Shown one piece after another: positions 25,150 through 39,272 of a stretch of 55,496 nucleotides of DNA (within the stretch, counting starts at the first letter, position 1; every line of letters begins with the position of its first letter). A model generated the notes under the pieces. The model was not told the origin of the DNA, did no database searches, and worked only from the letters and a program-made list of their open reading frames with translations. The position numbers were made by a program, and so were the translations under genes. Origin of the DNA: Welwitschia mirabilis (taxonomy: Eukaryota); NCBI GenBank assembly GCA_051453625.1, contig JBOZIK010000001.1:32945172-33000667 (forward strand), in the 5' to 3' direction.

Positions 25150-28100
25150 AATTTTATTCCCCATATGAAGATTGGTGAACTCAATAGTGACTTCATCCTT
25201 TATAGCTCTTAGATAAGAATGAAAAGTAAGGACTTTAAGTACTCACAATCTATTAATTAAAAGAAATTTAAACTAACTAACTATGAAATCCACTCAAAAA
25301 ATAATAGAGCTTGTATTAGAGTTGTTGCTTAAGCATTACAAGTACAAAGTTATTTGCACTTGAAATCAAAAGAAAGTAACTAATCATATTAAATTAAAAA
25401 ACATACATTACATTAATAAAAGAAGGAAGTTGATAAGGACTCCTCAAGATATCCTTAAAACAAACTCACTCTCAAAAAGAGTATTTAGAAGGCCATGTCG
25501 ACTTGATGCTCTAAAGATTGTACCACTTCGCTAAAATAAAGGATGGCATAAATAAGGGTCTAAGGCCCTTTTATATGCAAGTATGAGGTATTTTTTTGAA
25601 GGATGGTTATAAGATAAAGTAGCATTACATCAGTGGTTATAAAATATGTAATGTGGTGTTAGGTAGGATCTTTGTCATCTTACATTAAGTAAGAATCATC
25701 ATGATGAGTTTAGTACTTTACTTTAGGATGTTGCTGCTACTTTCAACCACTGATGTTGCCATATGTCTCTCACATCATCCTATTCATTACTATCACATGT
25801 CACTACTACATGTTATCCTTGTTACTACCATGTGGCATTGAAGACGCTAGTTATTTTTAAGGTGAAATTTGATTAAGCCTATAACTACATTTGGTTGATT
25901 TTTTTATGAAAAATTTAGAACATAAGAATTAAAGTGTTTTGCATAAAAGAATTAATAGCATCGGTGACCTAGACGACAGTGCTGGCATTTTAAGCTAAAT
26001 AATGTTCATCTTTTGCAATGTCTTCCTAAATAAGATAATTATCTTGAAAATATCATGGGAAGATGATAAGTCCTTGATTATTATTACAAAGTAATATAAA
26101 ACATAATTTCATGATAAATTGGCTATTTTAATATCTTATATTAAGCTAAATTAGTCAGATGACTTGATCAAAATGTTAATCTTGCATGTTAACACACCTA
26201 CTAATTGGATTTTTTCTAGACTATTAGCAAAGATTTAATAATGAAATAATCAACATGGATAAATTATCTAAGAAAAAACACTCAAGCATGGAAAATGATA
26301 TATTTTTTAGAGAAAAATTATGACTAAGTTTTTAAAATTAAGGCATTAAAATTTAAAAATTTTTGTAAACCAAATCCCATACCCTCAACCAAAATGAAAC
26401 TTTATTTTCAAATTTTGACGATAAAGTGTCAATACCATTTTGAGAACATATTCTTAGGAATAAAAAGTATTTTAATAGGTCCTTTTATTAGGAAAAAAAT
26501 GTAATGAAATGCAATAAAACTATGAAAAAGAAAAACTATCTAACGAGAGATGATTGTTTTTTATTTTTTATTTTATATTCTAACTAAAAAATCAATCCAT
26601 AAAAATGATTTATGCTAGATGATATTATTTCTCATGAAACTGTGATGAAATGAAATGGATGATGAATATAAAAAATGAGAATTTGAGAAAGGACACAACC
26701 ATGTGACCAATGAAAAAAAAATAATCTATAAGTTGATGGCCTTATCTTTGTGATTTTTAATGGATCTTGATATTAGACAAGTATAGTATTAACCAAATAA
26801 CTTATAGGAATTCAAGAAATCAAAGAAAATCTTAAGTTAAAGACAACAAAACTTGGAAGGCCTTCAATTTCCACCTTTTTCTTTCTGTTCTTTTCCTTTT
26901 CTACCAACATATATTTCTTTTGTTTTAAGCATTTTGAATCACAGTGAGCATTCGGTGTTATAACATTTTCTTCAAATGGAGTTAATCATGTTGTTTTGTG
27001 AAGACATTAGTACTACATTGCCAGCGATTTTTATACTCTCGATATAGTTAATTATGTAATAATTAAATCATTAGAGCTACATTGCTAGTGAGCATATATA
27101 CCCCTGATATAATTATGTCATAATTAGATCATTAGAGCTATATTACCAGTGAGCGTCCATAACCCCAAGACAATTAACTAAACTAAATTCAGTAATTAAC
27201 AACATGTGCTTTTGGAGAAGAGTTTTTTTCTTTTTATTATTCTTCTTATATTCATTTTTTTATGCACATAAGAGGGGTCATTGGCTCATTAGCCTAATTA
27301 AGAAAAATCTTATCCCTATTAAAAGATTTAAATATAAGAATAATATTATGAAGGTAGGTTCCACATTTTTATCCAAATTACTAAAATCGAAGACCTTAAG
27401 AAACATGACTTAACAATCGTACCAAAAATAATTATAACTTTTTGTTAAAAACCCATAAGTGTACTTAATCATAACCATTACTTGAAACGATAGTAAGATC
27501 ACTTATTATTGATTTTTATTAAAGGCCATTAACTTGGGTCTGTAAGTCTCATAAATTCATAAGTCGATGAGAGGATTCGATGATAATGTTTGAGGTAATA
27601 GCCACTAACTTTGGATTATTGGTCGTTTTTAGTGTTTTTGATGAGAAACACATCATATGCCAAAGCCTTTTTTATTAGCTATGTATCTTTCCACTTAGAA
27701 ACTATTTTTCCTAGGAACAAAAGTAATCACATAAAAAAAAACTAGTTCTTCTTCTTGAAATCTTTTCCCAAGGATGTTTTAATTGTGTACTTTTTTTTTA
27801 TCCTTTATTTATTGATTTTTGTATTCTCATTAGTGTCATTCCTGATTTCATCTAACTTATTGAGTTGAACAGTCCTTTTCTTCTCTACTATCTTAAGATA
27901 TAAATTCATGTTTTTGATTGCCCAATATGCATTGTGTTCAAGTTCTATAGGTAAATAACAAGCTTTTCCATAGACTAAATAGGAACATTTCTAATGATGT
28001 TTCATTAGTTGTTCAATAGGCCCACAAAATATCATTAAGCTTAAAAGACTAGTATTTTCTAGTTAAGTTCACTACCTTTTACAAAATGTTCTTTTTTTCT

Positions 28101-29186
28101 CTATTGGCGACCTCAACTTGACTACTAGTTTGGGGATGGTAAGGAGTTGTAACTTTATGAGTGATCCATATTTAGCAAGAAGTTTATTAAATATTCTATT
28201 ATAAAAATATTTGCCTCCATTACTAATTAAACTTAGAGGATAATAAAAAATTGTTAAATGTTTTCTTTAAATAGTTTCATCACTGTTTGGGCATTGTTAG
28301 ATCAACAAGCATATGCTTCTATCCATTTAGTGACAAAGCCGATACAAATAAGAATATAATGGTATCCATTCAAAGAAGAATATGGACTCTGAAAGTCAAT
28401 ACTTCAAATATCAGAAGGTTATATGATGAGAATGGAATTTAAAGGCATCATATATTTCTTTGATAGGATACCAATTTTTTGGTAATTTTCACAAGTTTGA
28501 CGATAGAGGTAGGAATCTTTAAAAATGAATGGATAATAAAAACTAAGTTGAAGAATCTTTATGATGGTTTATTAGTAGAAGAATGGCCATCACAGGCCTC
28601 AAAATTGCAATACTTAAGAGTGTTATGAGTTTCAAATTAAGGAACACATTTATTAATGACTTTATTTAGGCAATACTTAAACAAATAAGGATTATCCCAA
28701 AAGAGGTATTTAGCTTGACTCAGTAATTTCTTCCTATTTTAAAGATCCAATGAGAGAGAATAATCTTGGAAACTAAGTAGTTTGGAATATCAATTAATTA
28801 AGGTATTTACAAAATGGAGAAGTGGTATTTACCAAGCAAAGTATCATCGATGGAAAGGGATATTTGCAAGTTTTTTGAGTTATTCATGACAGATGATCTA
28901 CAACAACATTGTCAAAATCCTTTTTATTCTTAATTTCTAAATCAAACCTCTGCAAAAATAGGATACATCTAATTAACCTAAGTTTTAAATCCTTTTTATC
29001 AAATACATATCCAAGGGCTAAGTGGTCTATGTAAATAATTATCTTGGAACCAAGAAGGTGGTGCCTAAATTTTTCTAAGGTAAAGGCTATAATGAAAGCT
29101 CTTTTTTAGTGACAGTGTAATTTAGCTAAGTGTCACTTAAGGTCTTACTTACATATATGGTTGTTTTTTATCTATCCTTCATCCTN
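25150..29186 (-). mobile_element. Athila-like family 2, copy B: RNase H, integrase, 3' non-coding region, 3' LTR (LTR starts at 26194, reading leftward)
   Basis: Minus-strand RNase H motifs (NYTVTKKEL..LEKFRHHLLGSK..FDLEIKNKKG) ~28900-29130. Integrase HKVTTPYHPQTSSQVEV ~28110-28160. LTR start TGTTAACATGCAAG after a PPT-like AGTAGGTG. Left end approximate. Confidence 0.85.
27006..27185. repeat. Three ~62-bp tandem units in the 3' non-coding region of the Athila-like element
   Basis: ATTAGAGCTACATTGCCAGTGAGC...ATAATTAGATC repeated three times. Two units occur in copy C (~29495-29610) and an inverted version in copy D (~36185-36270). Confidence 0.75.
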
Positions 29187-29284
29187 NNNNNNNNNNNNNN
29201 NNNNNNNNNNNNNNNNNNNNNNNNNNNNNNNNNNNNNNNNNNNNNNNNNNNNNNNNNNNNNNNNNNNNNNNNNNNNNNNNNNNN

Positions 29285-30915
29285 NTTATAGGAATTTAAG
29301 AAATTTCAGCAAATCTTAAGCATAATATTTAAAGATAATAGAATAAGAAGGCCTCTAATTCCCACCCTTTTCTTTTCGTTATTTTCATTTTTGAATGGCA
29401 TATATATCCTTAATTTTAAGCATTTTAAATCACATAAATCATTTAGTGTTATGACATTTCCTTCCAACAAAATTAAGCATGTTATTTTGTAAAGAAATTA
29501 AGTGCTGCATTGCTAGCAAGAATTAATAGCCTTAATGTAGTTGATTATCTCCTAATTATATCATTAGAGATACATTGCCAGCAAGTGTCCATAGCCTTAA
29601 TGTAGTTAACTAAATCCTATTAAGTGATTAACGAGATGTGCTTTTAAAAAAAGTATATTATATTTTTCTTTTTATTCTTCTTCTCGTGTTCATTTCTTAT
29701 GCATGTAAGAGGGGTATTAGCTCATTAGCCTAGTCAAGAAAAATCTTGTTCCCATAAAAAAGCTTTAAATATAAGGAACATTATATGAAGGTAGATTCCA
29801 CCTTTTTTCATCCGTATTTTACCAAAATTGAAAACCTTAAGTAAATATTACTTTAACAATCATACTCAAAATAAGCATAACTTTTGTTTAAAAATCCATA
29901 AATTTACTTAATCATAGCATTTACTCTAAATAATGCTAAGATCACTTATTGATAATTTTTGTTCAAGGCCATTAACTTGGCTCTATAAGTCTTATAAATT
30001 CATAGATTAATAGGAGGATTGGATGATACTATTTAAGGTAATGTTCATTTACTTTAAATTATTGGAAATTTTTAATATTTTTGATGGGAAACATACCTTT
30101 TGATAATACCTTTTTTATTAGATACAAATATTTATGTTTAGAAAATAGTTTCACTAGGACAAAATGTAATTGTAAATTATAAAGCAAAACTAGTTCTTCT
30201 GCTTGAAATGTTTTTGTAAGGGTATTTCAATCATGCAATTCCTTAATCTTTTTTTAATTGATTTTTATATTTTCATAAGTTTCATTCATGATTTCATCTA
30301 ATTTTTTAAGTTCTATAGCCCTTTTTTTCCTTACTATCTTAAGGTACAAATACATGTCTATGATTGCTTGATATGCTTTATATTTAGGTTCTACAAGTAA
30401 ATAACAAGCTTTTCTAGAGACTAACTTGAATGTGTACATTTTTAAAGCTGTCTTGTAACATGTTTACTAGGCATATAAACATCGTTACACTCAAAAAATC
30501 AAATTTTTCTAGTTGATTTTACTACCATTTGTAAAATGTTCTTTATTTCTCTATTAGTAACCTTAACCTAGCCACTTGTTTGTAGATGGTAAGGTGTTGT
30601 AACTTTATGAGTAACCTCATACTTAGCAACAAAATTATTAAATATTCTATTGTAAAAGTGAGTCCCTTTAATACTAATTAAAACTCAAGGACAATCAAAT
30701 ATTGTTAAAATGTTTTTTTAAAGAATTCCATCATTATTTAGGTATCATCATATTGACAAGTACATTCTTCCATCATTTAATAACATAATCAACACAAACA
30801 AGAATGTAATGATGTCAATTTAAAGAGGGATATTGTACTTGAAAATAAACATCCTCAATATCAAAGGGATCAACAATGAAAATGGGGTTTAAAGGCATCA
30901 TACATTTCCATGAAA
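29285..30915 (-). mobile_element. Athila-like family 2, copy C: integrase core and 3' non-coding region
   Basis: Colinear diverged paralogue of 26800-28460, including HKVTTPYHLQTSG*VKVTNRE at ~30550-30610. Truncated at ~30915. Confidence 0.85.
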
Positions 30916-30974
30916 GTCAATCTCCACAAGATTTTATGGTCAACAAGATTTTAAAGTGGGGTTTAAAGTGGGAT

Positions 30975-31030
30975 ATGGTTTTAAAAAATGCCTTCTACTG
31001 AATTGGGAAAAATGTCATTTCATGGTCAAT
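30975..31030 (+). pseudogene. Isolated gypsy RT fragment (LLNWEKCHFMVN)
   Basis: CTACTGAATTGGGAAAAATGTCATTTCATGGTCAAT translates to the conserved Athila-type RT motif LNWEKCHFMV. It is on the opposite strand to the adjacent integrase of copy C. Confidence 0.8.
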
Positions 31031-34000
31031 AAGATTTTACCTAATGCTATGTGATAATCTTCACAAAACACTATATGGCAACCTCCATTAAATGCTAAAT
31101 GATAAAGATTCTACCTAATGCTAAAGGACAAAATCTTATCTACCTAACATGATAAGACAATCTTTACCAAATGCTCTAAGATAAAATCTTATTTACCTAA
31201 TATTAAATGACAAAGATTCTACCTAATGCTANNNNNNNNNNNNNNNNNNNNNNNNNNNNNNNNNNNNNNNNNNNNNNNNNNNNNNNNNNNNNNNNNNNNN
31301 NNNNNNNNNNNNNNNNNNNNNNNNNNNNNNNACAAAGATTCTACCTAATGCTACAAGCCAAGAGCTTGTAATTACCCATCACCCCCATCTTTCCCTATAA
31401 AAAGGCCTTGAAACCTGCTTTGTCTTCATCTTTTCCTTGGAGAAATTGTAGCACTTGGAGCATCGACTTCTAATGGCTTTCTAGGTGACTCTTTGGGGAA
31501 TAAGCTAGTTCTTGAGAATTCTCTAAGGAGTTCTTCTTATTTTTTCTTCCTTTGATGTAAGATTGTTCTTGTTTTATAATACAATNNNNNNNNNNACAAT
31601 ATCTGTTTTCTTTGATTTTAATTCATAAATAACATCATAATTGAAATGCTTAGGTGATCACTTTAATTATCAAGTTAGTTTTATTCATGTGAATTACTTT
31701 TTATTACTTAGTCATTTACTTTCATAGAACTTAAGTAATTTAGGAATCCTCTTATTATATTATTATGTCAAGATTAAGGTATTAAATGATTTCATCACTT
31801 ATCATACGGAGGATGAAATTATGCCCATGACTTAAGTCAAATACACTAAATAGTTTGAAGTGTTTTGCAGGAAATACAATCAGATAACATCAGAGTAAAG
31901 GAGTACTTAAGGACAAACTAGCAATACTTTGGATCTAGTTCATTTCTATTCTCTCTAAGATGAATTTTGACTTTAAAAATTGCTCCATTTCTTTTTCTAT
32001 TTTCTTTATTTTATATAACTTGCTTTAAAATGGTGTAAAACTAAGATACTATCCAATATTATCCTTAGGAAAAAATGATTGCTAAGTAAAAACTTAGCTT
32101 AAATTTGAGACATTGTATATAAGTTGATTAGATTTTGATACCATTGCTGGAAATAATAACATGTCAGCAGCTAAGAGGAGTAGTACGTTTTTTTTTAACA
32201 CCAAGTTTTATACATAGTTTTTCTTTTTATAGTGGTGGCTAATGGTTCTTCTTCTAGTGATACCTTAATTGGTCCTNNNNNNNNNNNNNNNNNNNNNNNN
32301 NNNNNNNNNNNNNNNNNNNNNNNNNNNNNNNNNNNNNNNNNNNNNNNNNNNNNNNNNNNNNNNNNNNNNNNNNNNNNNNNNNNNNNNNNNNNNNNNNNNN
32401 NNNNNNNNNNNNNNNNNNNNNNNNNNNNNNNNNNNNNNNNNNNNNNNNNNNNNNNNNNNNNNNNNNNNNNNNNNNNNNNNNNNNNNNNNNNNNNNNNNNN
32501 NNNNNNNNNNNNNNNNNNNNNNNNNNNNNNNNNNNNNNNNNNNNNNNNNNNNNNNNNNNNNNNNNNNNNNNNNNNNNNNNNNNNNNNNNNNNNNNNNNNN
32601 NNNNNNNNNNNNNNNNNNCTGTGTGCATAAAACATAAATTTTTTTTTAAAGTTATTTTGTGATTTTCATTACATTTGAATAAATTTTACTCATACTTACT
32701 ATCTTTGTTTTATTTTATTATGACCTTAAGGCTATAAACATTCTATATGTAATTAATGAACTTATTTGTAAAACCTTAGAATCCTGTATGACTTGGAGTC
32801 CCTAAAAAGTTCTCTTGTTTATTAATTGAACCTTCTTATAACCATACGATCCTATTTCTTTCATGACCTAAAATTGTGATACAATAAAAAGATTAACCCA
32901 AAATAACATAGACTCCTTTATTGATCATAAAAGAATGAGGACTGAGAACCCAAAACCAAGCTTGAAATAACCCTTAAGAACAAACCTCAATCAAATAAAT
33001 TAATTAAAATAATCAAATTACCTTACCATAATACAATTCAAATGATCCACTTGATTCCTTTGCTAAAACCTTGTTAAACCAAGTAATGCTCAATAGGTTA
33101 CAGGCAAATTATTTTATTCAAGAAGCGGCTAAATGATAAGATACTCTTACCACTATTATTAATTAACCTAGCCAAACCCTTTCTGATTATCGCCAATCAC
33201 AAAGGCTAGGGACACCCTCTTGCATATTGTTATTACTTATTAACTAGAGGCTAGAGTTTAAACCTTTCACTATCTAACTATTGCCTCATTTCCATCCATA
33301 TCTATACCTTAAGAAATTTAAGTGCATCTTATCAACTGTTCCTCAGTATCCTAATACTCATGATGAACTTAGACTCATCTTATTCTCTTTTTCCCTAAAA
33401 GAAAAAGGAAAAATATTAGTAATACACCTTAAAACTCTTCTCCATCATAAATTGAGTGGACCTAAGTAAAGCCTCCATTAATAAGTTCTTTCCTAGTCAT
33501 AAAACAAATGCCTTTAGAAAAGAAATCATGAACTTTTAACAAAAGGATCATGAAACCTTCTCCCAGAACTTAGAAAGATATAGAGATTTATTATTAAAAT
33601 TNNNNNNNNNNNNNNNNNNNNNNNNNNNNNNNNNNNNNNNNNNNNNNNNNNNNNNNNNNNNNNNNNNNNNNNNNNNNNNNNNNNNNNNNNNNNNNNNNNN
33701 NNNNNNNNNNNNNNNNNNNNNNNNNNNNNNNNNNNNNNNNNNNNNNNNNNNNNNNNNNNNNNNNNNNNNNNNNNNNNNNNNNNNNNNNNNNNNNNNNNNN
33801 NNNNNNNNNNNNNNNNNNNNATCTTCAAGATCCTAAAAACTTTTGAGGTGCATAAAAATTAGAATCATTAAACTTCTTCACCCTTAACCTCACATATGGT
33901 TGCTAAACTTGAGTGTTAAATCTATCATATTGATACTTACAAAACCACTAAATTCCCATTTATCCCTTTATTTCGAAGCACAGTTAACAAATGGATAAAC

Positions 34001-37000
34001 ATAATAGGACAATAATGGAAAAAACCCAAGAATGATATACTTAAATACATATAACCCTAGATGAAGGAATCATTTTAATTTTTCTTGGAAACAAGAAAAT
34101 CAAATTAATAAACTAAGAAATCCATATCTCTTATCCTTTTTATAACCATTTCAAATCAACTACCAAAAATCATTATCATCTAACTTATTGGAGAAAACCC
34201 TTGAAAGGTACATGAAAATACAAAACTAAATAAATCAAATATCGAAATAAAGTATAAACCAACTCCAACAAACCACCATCCACATCCTCTCATTGATAAA
34301 CTAAAGGGAAATAGGAAAACTCCTCATAAGTGCCAAGCCTGATTCTAAGAGAGTTAGATTTTTTAAAGAAGAATCAATCCACTTAGATCAAATAAAAGTA
34401 ATTCGCCTTAGAAGTGATAAAAAGGTTAACTAAGGATTAATACAAAATAGAGTTAAGGTAAAAGTAAAAGAAAAAGATATAACTTCTTATTAATAATCTT
34501 TATCTCTCCCCTAAGATTTGANNNNNNNNNNNNNNNNNNNNNNNNNNNNNNNNNNNNNNNNNNNNNNNNNNNNNNNNNNNNNNNNNNNNNNNNNNNNNNN
34601 NNNNNNNNNNNNNNNNNNNNNTAAAGAATAATCAACCCACTTAGATCAAACAAAAGCAATTAACCTTAGAAGTGACAAAAAGGTTAACTAAGAATTAACA
34701 CAAAATAGAGTTAAGGTAAAAGTAAAAGAAAAAGATATAACTTCTTATTAAGAATATTTATCTCTCCCCTAAGATTTGAATAAAGAAAAGGTAATAGATT
34801 TAGAAGAACTGTTTTCTATATACAAAAAGCCTTTACTTTTTCCCTAATGTCTTATAAAGAATAACATTGAGAAATAATGGCTTGAGGCCTTAGACATTTT
34901 TAAAGAAGTTAAAATCAACATACCTCTCTTAGAAGAAATTAAAAGATGTCCTCTTATTCAAAATTCCTTAAGGGCATGTGCACCATAAAAAGATGCATGA
35001 ATGCTAAAAGCAATGCCTTCTTAGCTTAGAAAATAAGTGTGATGATCCAAAACTAGATTCCACTTGAGTATAAAGATCTTTATTGCCTCATGATAGGAAT
35101 TACAATTGGAGATAAAAACATTAAATAAGTCTTATTACATTTGAAAGCAAGAGTTAATATTGTACTCCATGCTTGTTACAGAGAACTTAACATAAGTGAC
35201 CTTAACCACACTAAAATCCAATTACAATTAGTAAAAAATTTTGTGAAGTCACTCTTAGAAATAGTTGAGGATGTAATAGTTTAAGTTAACAACCACTATT
35301 TCCTAGCTGCCTTCCTAGTCTTATAGATGGATATGACAAAATGAAATTTAATGTCCCTCATCTTAAGAAGAACTTTCCTTGTAAATTTCAATGCTTTAAT
35401 CAGTTGCAGGAATGATCAAATGCAAATATCATTTAATAACATGATCATAAAATTAAGCATTTTTAATGTAATGAAATTACTAGGCAACCATGAAGAGGCT
35501 GATTGGCTTAATAAGACTTACAAATTTGGATGTTCTCATTTTAGTCCAAATATTTCTGAATCTTTGATATTATTTAATTATCATTTCTTTGACTTTGAAC
35601 CTAATAGTTGCACACACATTGAGTTTTCTGTAATAAGTCATCCTAGAAATTAGTTTTTATCTAAGGATGATTTTCTCATAAGTACCTCATTGCATTATTA
35701 TTACTTATCCCACTACCATTTCAAACCTTTCCATTCTTCAAATCTAATTATTAAACCACTTTATCAAATNNNNNNNNNNNNNNNNNNNNNCATCAATCCA
35801 TGAGTTTTTGAGACTTATTGATCCAGGATAAAATCCCTTAAATGAAAATAAATAATAAGCAATTGTGTTATCACCTTAGTAATAGTTAAAATCAAGTTTA
35901 GTGATGGTTTTTTAAGGAAAAGAATGATTATTTCAAGTATGTTAGTTAAGAACACATTAGCTTAGGATCTTTAGCCTTGGAAAAACTTTGTTGAAAAGGT
36001 GGAATTTAACTTTGAATGTGCTCTTTAAGTAAAAAGTATTTAATGGGGACAAGATTTGTCTTAACTAGGCTAATAAGCTAATGACCCCCTAAAAGTAAAT
36101 TAAAAATGACTATGAAAAGATAAAGAAAATAAAATATTATATCTCTTCTCAAAAAGCACATAATATTAATCACTTAGTTAGGTTTAGTTAACTACATCAG
36201 GGCTATAGACACCTGCTAGCAATGAAACTCTAACAATCTAATTGCAACATGTTTAACTACATTAGGGCTATNNNNNNNNNNTTCTTCATAATACAACATA
36301 CTTAACTTTATTGGGAAAAAGTTCATAACAATGGATGCTCAATGTGGTTAAAAGGCATAATACTAATAACATATGTAAAGGTAGTAATGAAAAATAAAGG
36401 AAGAAGAAGATGCGAATTAAAGTTCTTATATGGATCGTTGTCTCTTAAAATTCAGACTTTATATTTACATTGATTTCTTAGATCCTTATAGGTTACTTGG
36501 TTGAAAAGTAAATTGGTTGATATTATGGTCTACTAAAAATACAAAAATATAATAAAGGACTAATAACTTAGGATAGTTCATTCATTTATTCATTGGTTTC
36601 TGGTTTCACTCTAGTCATGCATTTTCTTATCTCATTTAACTCACATCACTTTACTACATTCCACTTTTATGAGGAATAACTCCTAAGGCATTTATTATTT
36701 TTACAGATAGTTTTTCTACTTAATACATGTTTGGTTATAAATATCTTATCTTTTATTTAGCTTAATTTACATTGTTTTTAATAAAAGAACTATCCACGAT
36801 CTGGATACACTCATATTCTCACATAACTTTAACATTTTCACCATAAACTTTGAGAATAAATTTTAATTTTGGTTAGGGGATGTGGGATATTGATTTTCAC
36901 TCAATCAATCTTTTACTTTGATCTATTAATCACATAAAATTGGTCATAAAATTTTTCAAGCTATATCATTCACACACTTGAAGTGCTTTTGACATAGATA

Positions 37001-39272
37001 ATTTTTCAATGTTTAACCATTTTATCATCGACTTTTTACTAAGGCACTAGTAAAAGACTAGTCAGGGGATNNNNNNNNNNNNNNNNNNNNNNNNNNNNNN
37101 NNNNNNNNNNNNNNNNNNNNNNNNNNNNNNNNNNNNNNNNNNNNNNNNNNNNNNNNNNNNNNNNNNNNNNAAATTGTAAGGCATTTATTATTTTTATAGA
37201 TAGGTTTTTTTACTTAACACATGTTTGGTTACGAATATCTTATCTTTTCTTTAGCTTAATTTACATTGTTTTTAATAAAAGAGCTATCCACGATCTGACT
37301 ACACTTATATTCTCACATAACTTTAACATTTTCATCATAAACTTTGAGAAGAAATTTTAATTTTGGTTAGGGGATGTGGGATATTAATTTTCACTTAATC
37401 AATCTTTTACTTTGATCTATTAATCACATAAAATTGGTCATAAAATTTTTTAAGCTATATCATTCACACACTTGAAGTGCTTTTGATATAGATAATTTTT
37501 CAATTTTTAACCATTTTATCATCGACTTTTTACTAAGGCATTAGTAAAAGACTAGTCAGGGGATGTGTTAACATATAAAGATTGTTATTTATATCAAGTG
37601 TTTTAGGTAAATTTATTATAAGTGAAGATATTAATTTAATTGTTTTAATCATAAAATATGTCCTATTATTTTTAAAATAAAATTAAATATTATATTTTTT
37701 CCCATATTAATTATAGATCTTTATCCATGTTTTGGAATACATGATGGAAGATGGACACAATTTTGCAAAAAATAATATTAGTAATNNNNNNNNNNNNNNN
37801 NNNNNNNNNNNNNNNNNNNNNNNNNNNNNNNNNNNNNNNNNNNNNNNNNNNNNNNNNNNNNNNNNNNNNNNNNNNNNNNNNNNNNNNNNNNNNNNNNNNN
37901 NNNNNNNNNNNNNNNNNNNNNNNNNNNNNNNNNNNNNNNNNNNNNNNNNNNNNNNNNNNNNNNNNNNNNNNNNNNNNNNNNNNNNNNNNNNNNNNNNNNN
38001 NNNNNNNNNNNNNNNNNNNNNNNNNNNNNNNNNNNNNNNNNNNNNNNNNNNNNNNNNNNNNNNNNNNNNNNNNNNNNNNNNNNNNNNNNNNNNNNNNNNN
38101 NNNNNNNNNNNNNNNNNNNNNNNNNNNNNNNNNNNNNNNNNNNNNNNNNNNNTTTTGCAAAAAATAATATTAGTAATAAAGACATAAGGTGGTGACATGT
38201 GGCAGAAGCATTTGAAGACATGTGACAGAGGCATGTGAAGAAGGCATTAGAGAGATGTGTCAATAGCACCAGTTGGTAGAGGGATCTGGCTCAAAAGTCC
38301 ATATGTTGGAATCGTTATAACAAAGGTTTTACCTAACATTATGTAACAATCTCCACCAAATGCTATAAGACAACCTTTATTAAATGCTAAATGATGAAGA
38401 TTCNNNNNNNNNNNNNNNNNNNNNNNNNNNNNNNNNNNNNNNNNNNNNNNNNNNNNNNNNNNNNNNNNNNNNNNNNNNNNNNNNNNNNNNNNNNNNNNNN
38501 NNNNNNNNNNNNNNNNNNNNNNNNNNNNNNNNNNNNNNNNNNNNNNNNNNNNNNNNNNNNNNNNNNNNNNNNNNNNNNNNNNNNNNNNNNNNNNNNNNNN
38601 NNNNNNNNNNNNNNNNNNNNNNNNNNNNNNNNNNNNNNNNNNNNNNNNNNNNNNNNNNNNNNNNNNNNNNNNNNNNNNNNNNNNNNNNNNNNNNNNNNNN
38701 NNNNNNNNNNNNNNNNNNNNNNNNNNNNNNNNNNNNNNNNNNNNNNNNNNNNNNNNNNNNNNNNNNNNNNNNNNNNNNNNNNNNNNNNNNNNNNNNNNNN
38801 NNNNNNNNNNNNNNNNNNNNNNNNNNNNNNNNNNNNNNNNNNNNNNNNNNNNNNNNNNNNNNNNNNNNNNNNNNNNNNNNNNNNNNNNNNNNNNNNNNNN
38901 NNNNNNNNNNNNNNNNNNNNNNNNNNNNNNNNNNNNNNNNNNNNNNNNNAATTATGATATGGAGGATGAGATTATACCCCATAACTTAAGCCAAATGCAC
39001 TTGATACTTTAAAGTATTTTACAAGAAAGATAATCGGATAACATCAAAGTAAAGAAGTACTTAAGGATGAACTAGTAATACTTTGGAGCTAGTTTACTTT
39101 CCTTTCTTTCTAACATGGATTTTAACTTTAAAAGTTGCTTCATCTCTTCTTCTCTTTTCTTTCTTTTTTGTAACTTTATTTAAAGTTAAAGTGGTATAAA
39201 AGTGAGCCAATATCAAATGTTATCCTTGAGGAAGAATGATAGCTAGGTAAAAACTTAGCTTAATTTTGAGGC
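31030..39272 (+). mobile_element. Athila-like family 2, copy D: truncated 5' LTR, PBS, gag, protease, 3' region, 3' LTR (from 37566); RT/RH/INT not present in the assembled sequence
   Basis: 31800-32110 matches 38950-39272, giving an LTR pair roughly 80% identical by eye. Degenerate PBS TGATACCATTGCTGGAAA at 32136-32153. Gag (LPHFH..PYLYLKKF..LRLILFSFSLKEK) 33280-33600, with an NTYNPR*RNHFNFSWKQ motif at ~34045. Protease region 34890-35470. PPT-like AGTCAGGGGATG, then TGTTAAC at 37566. Confidence 0.85.
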
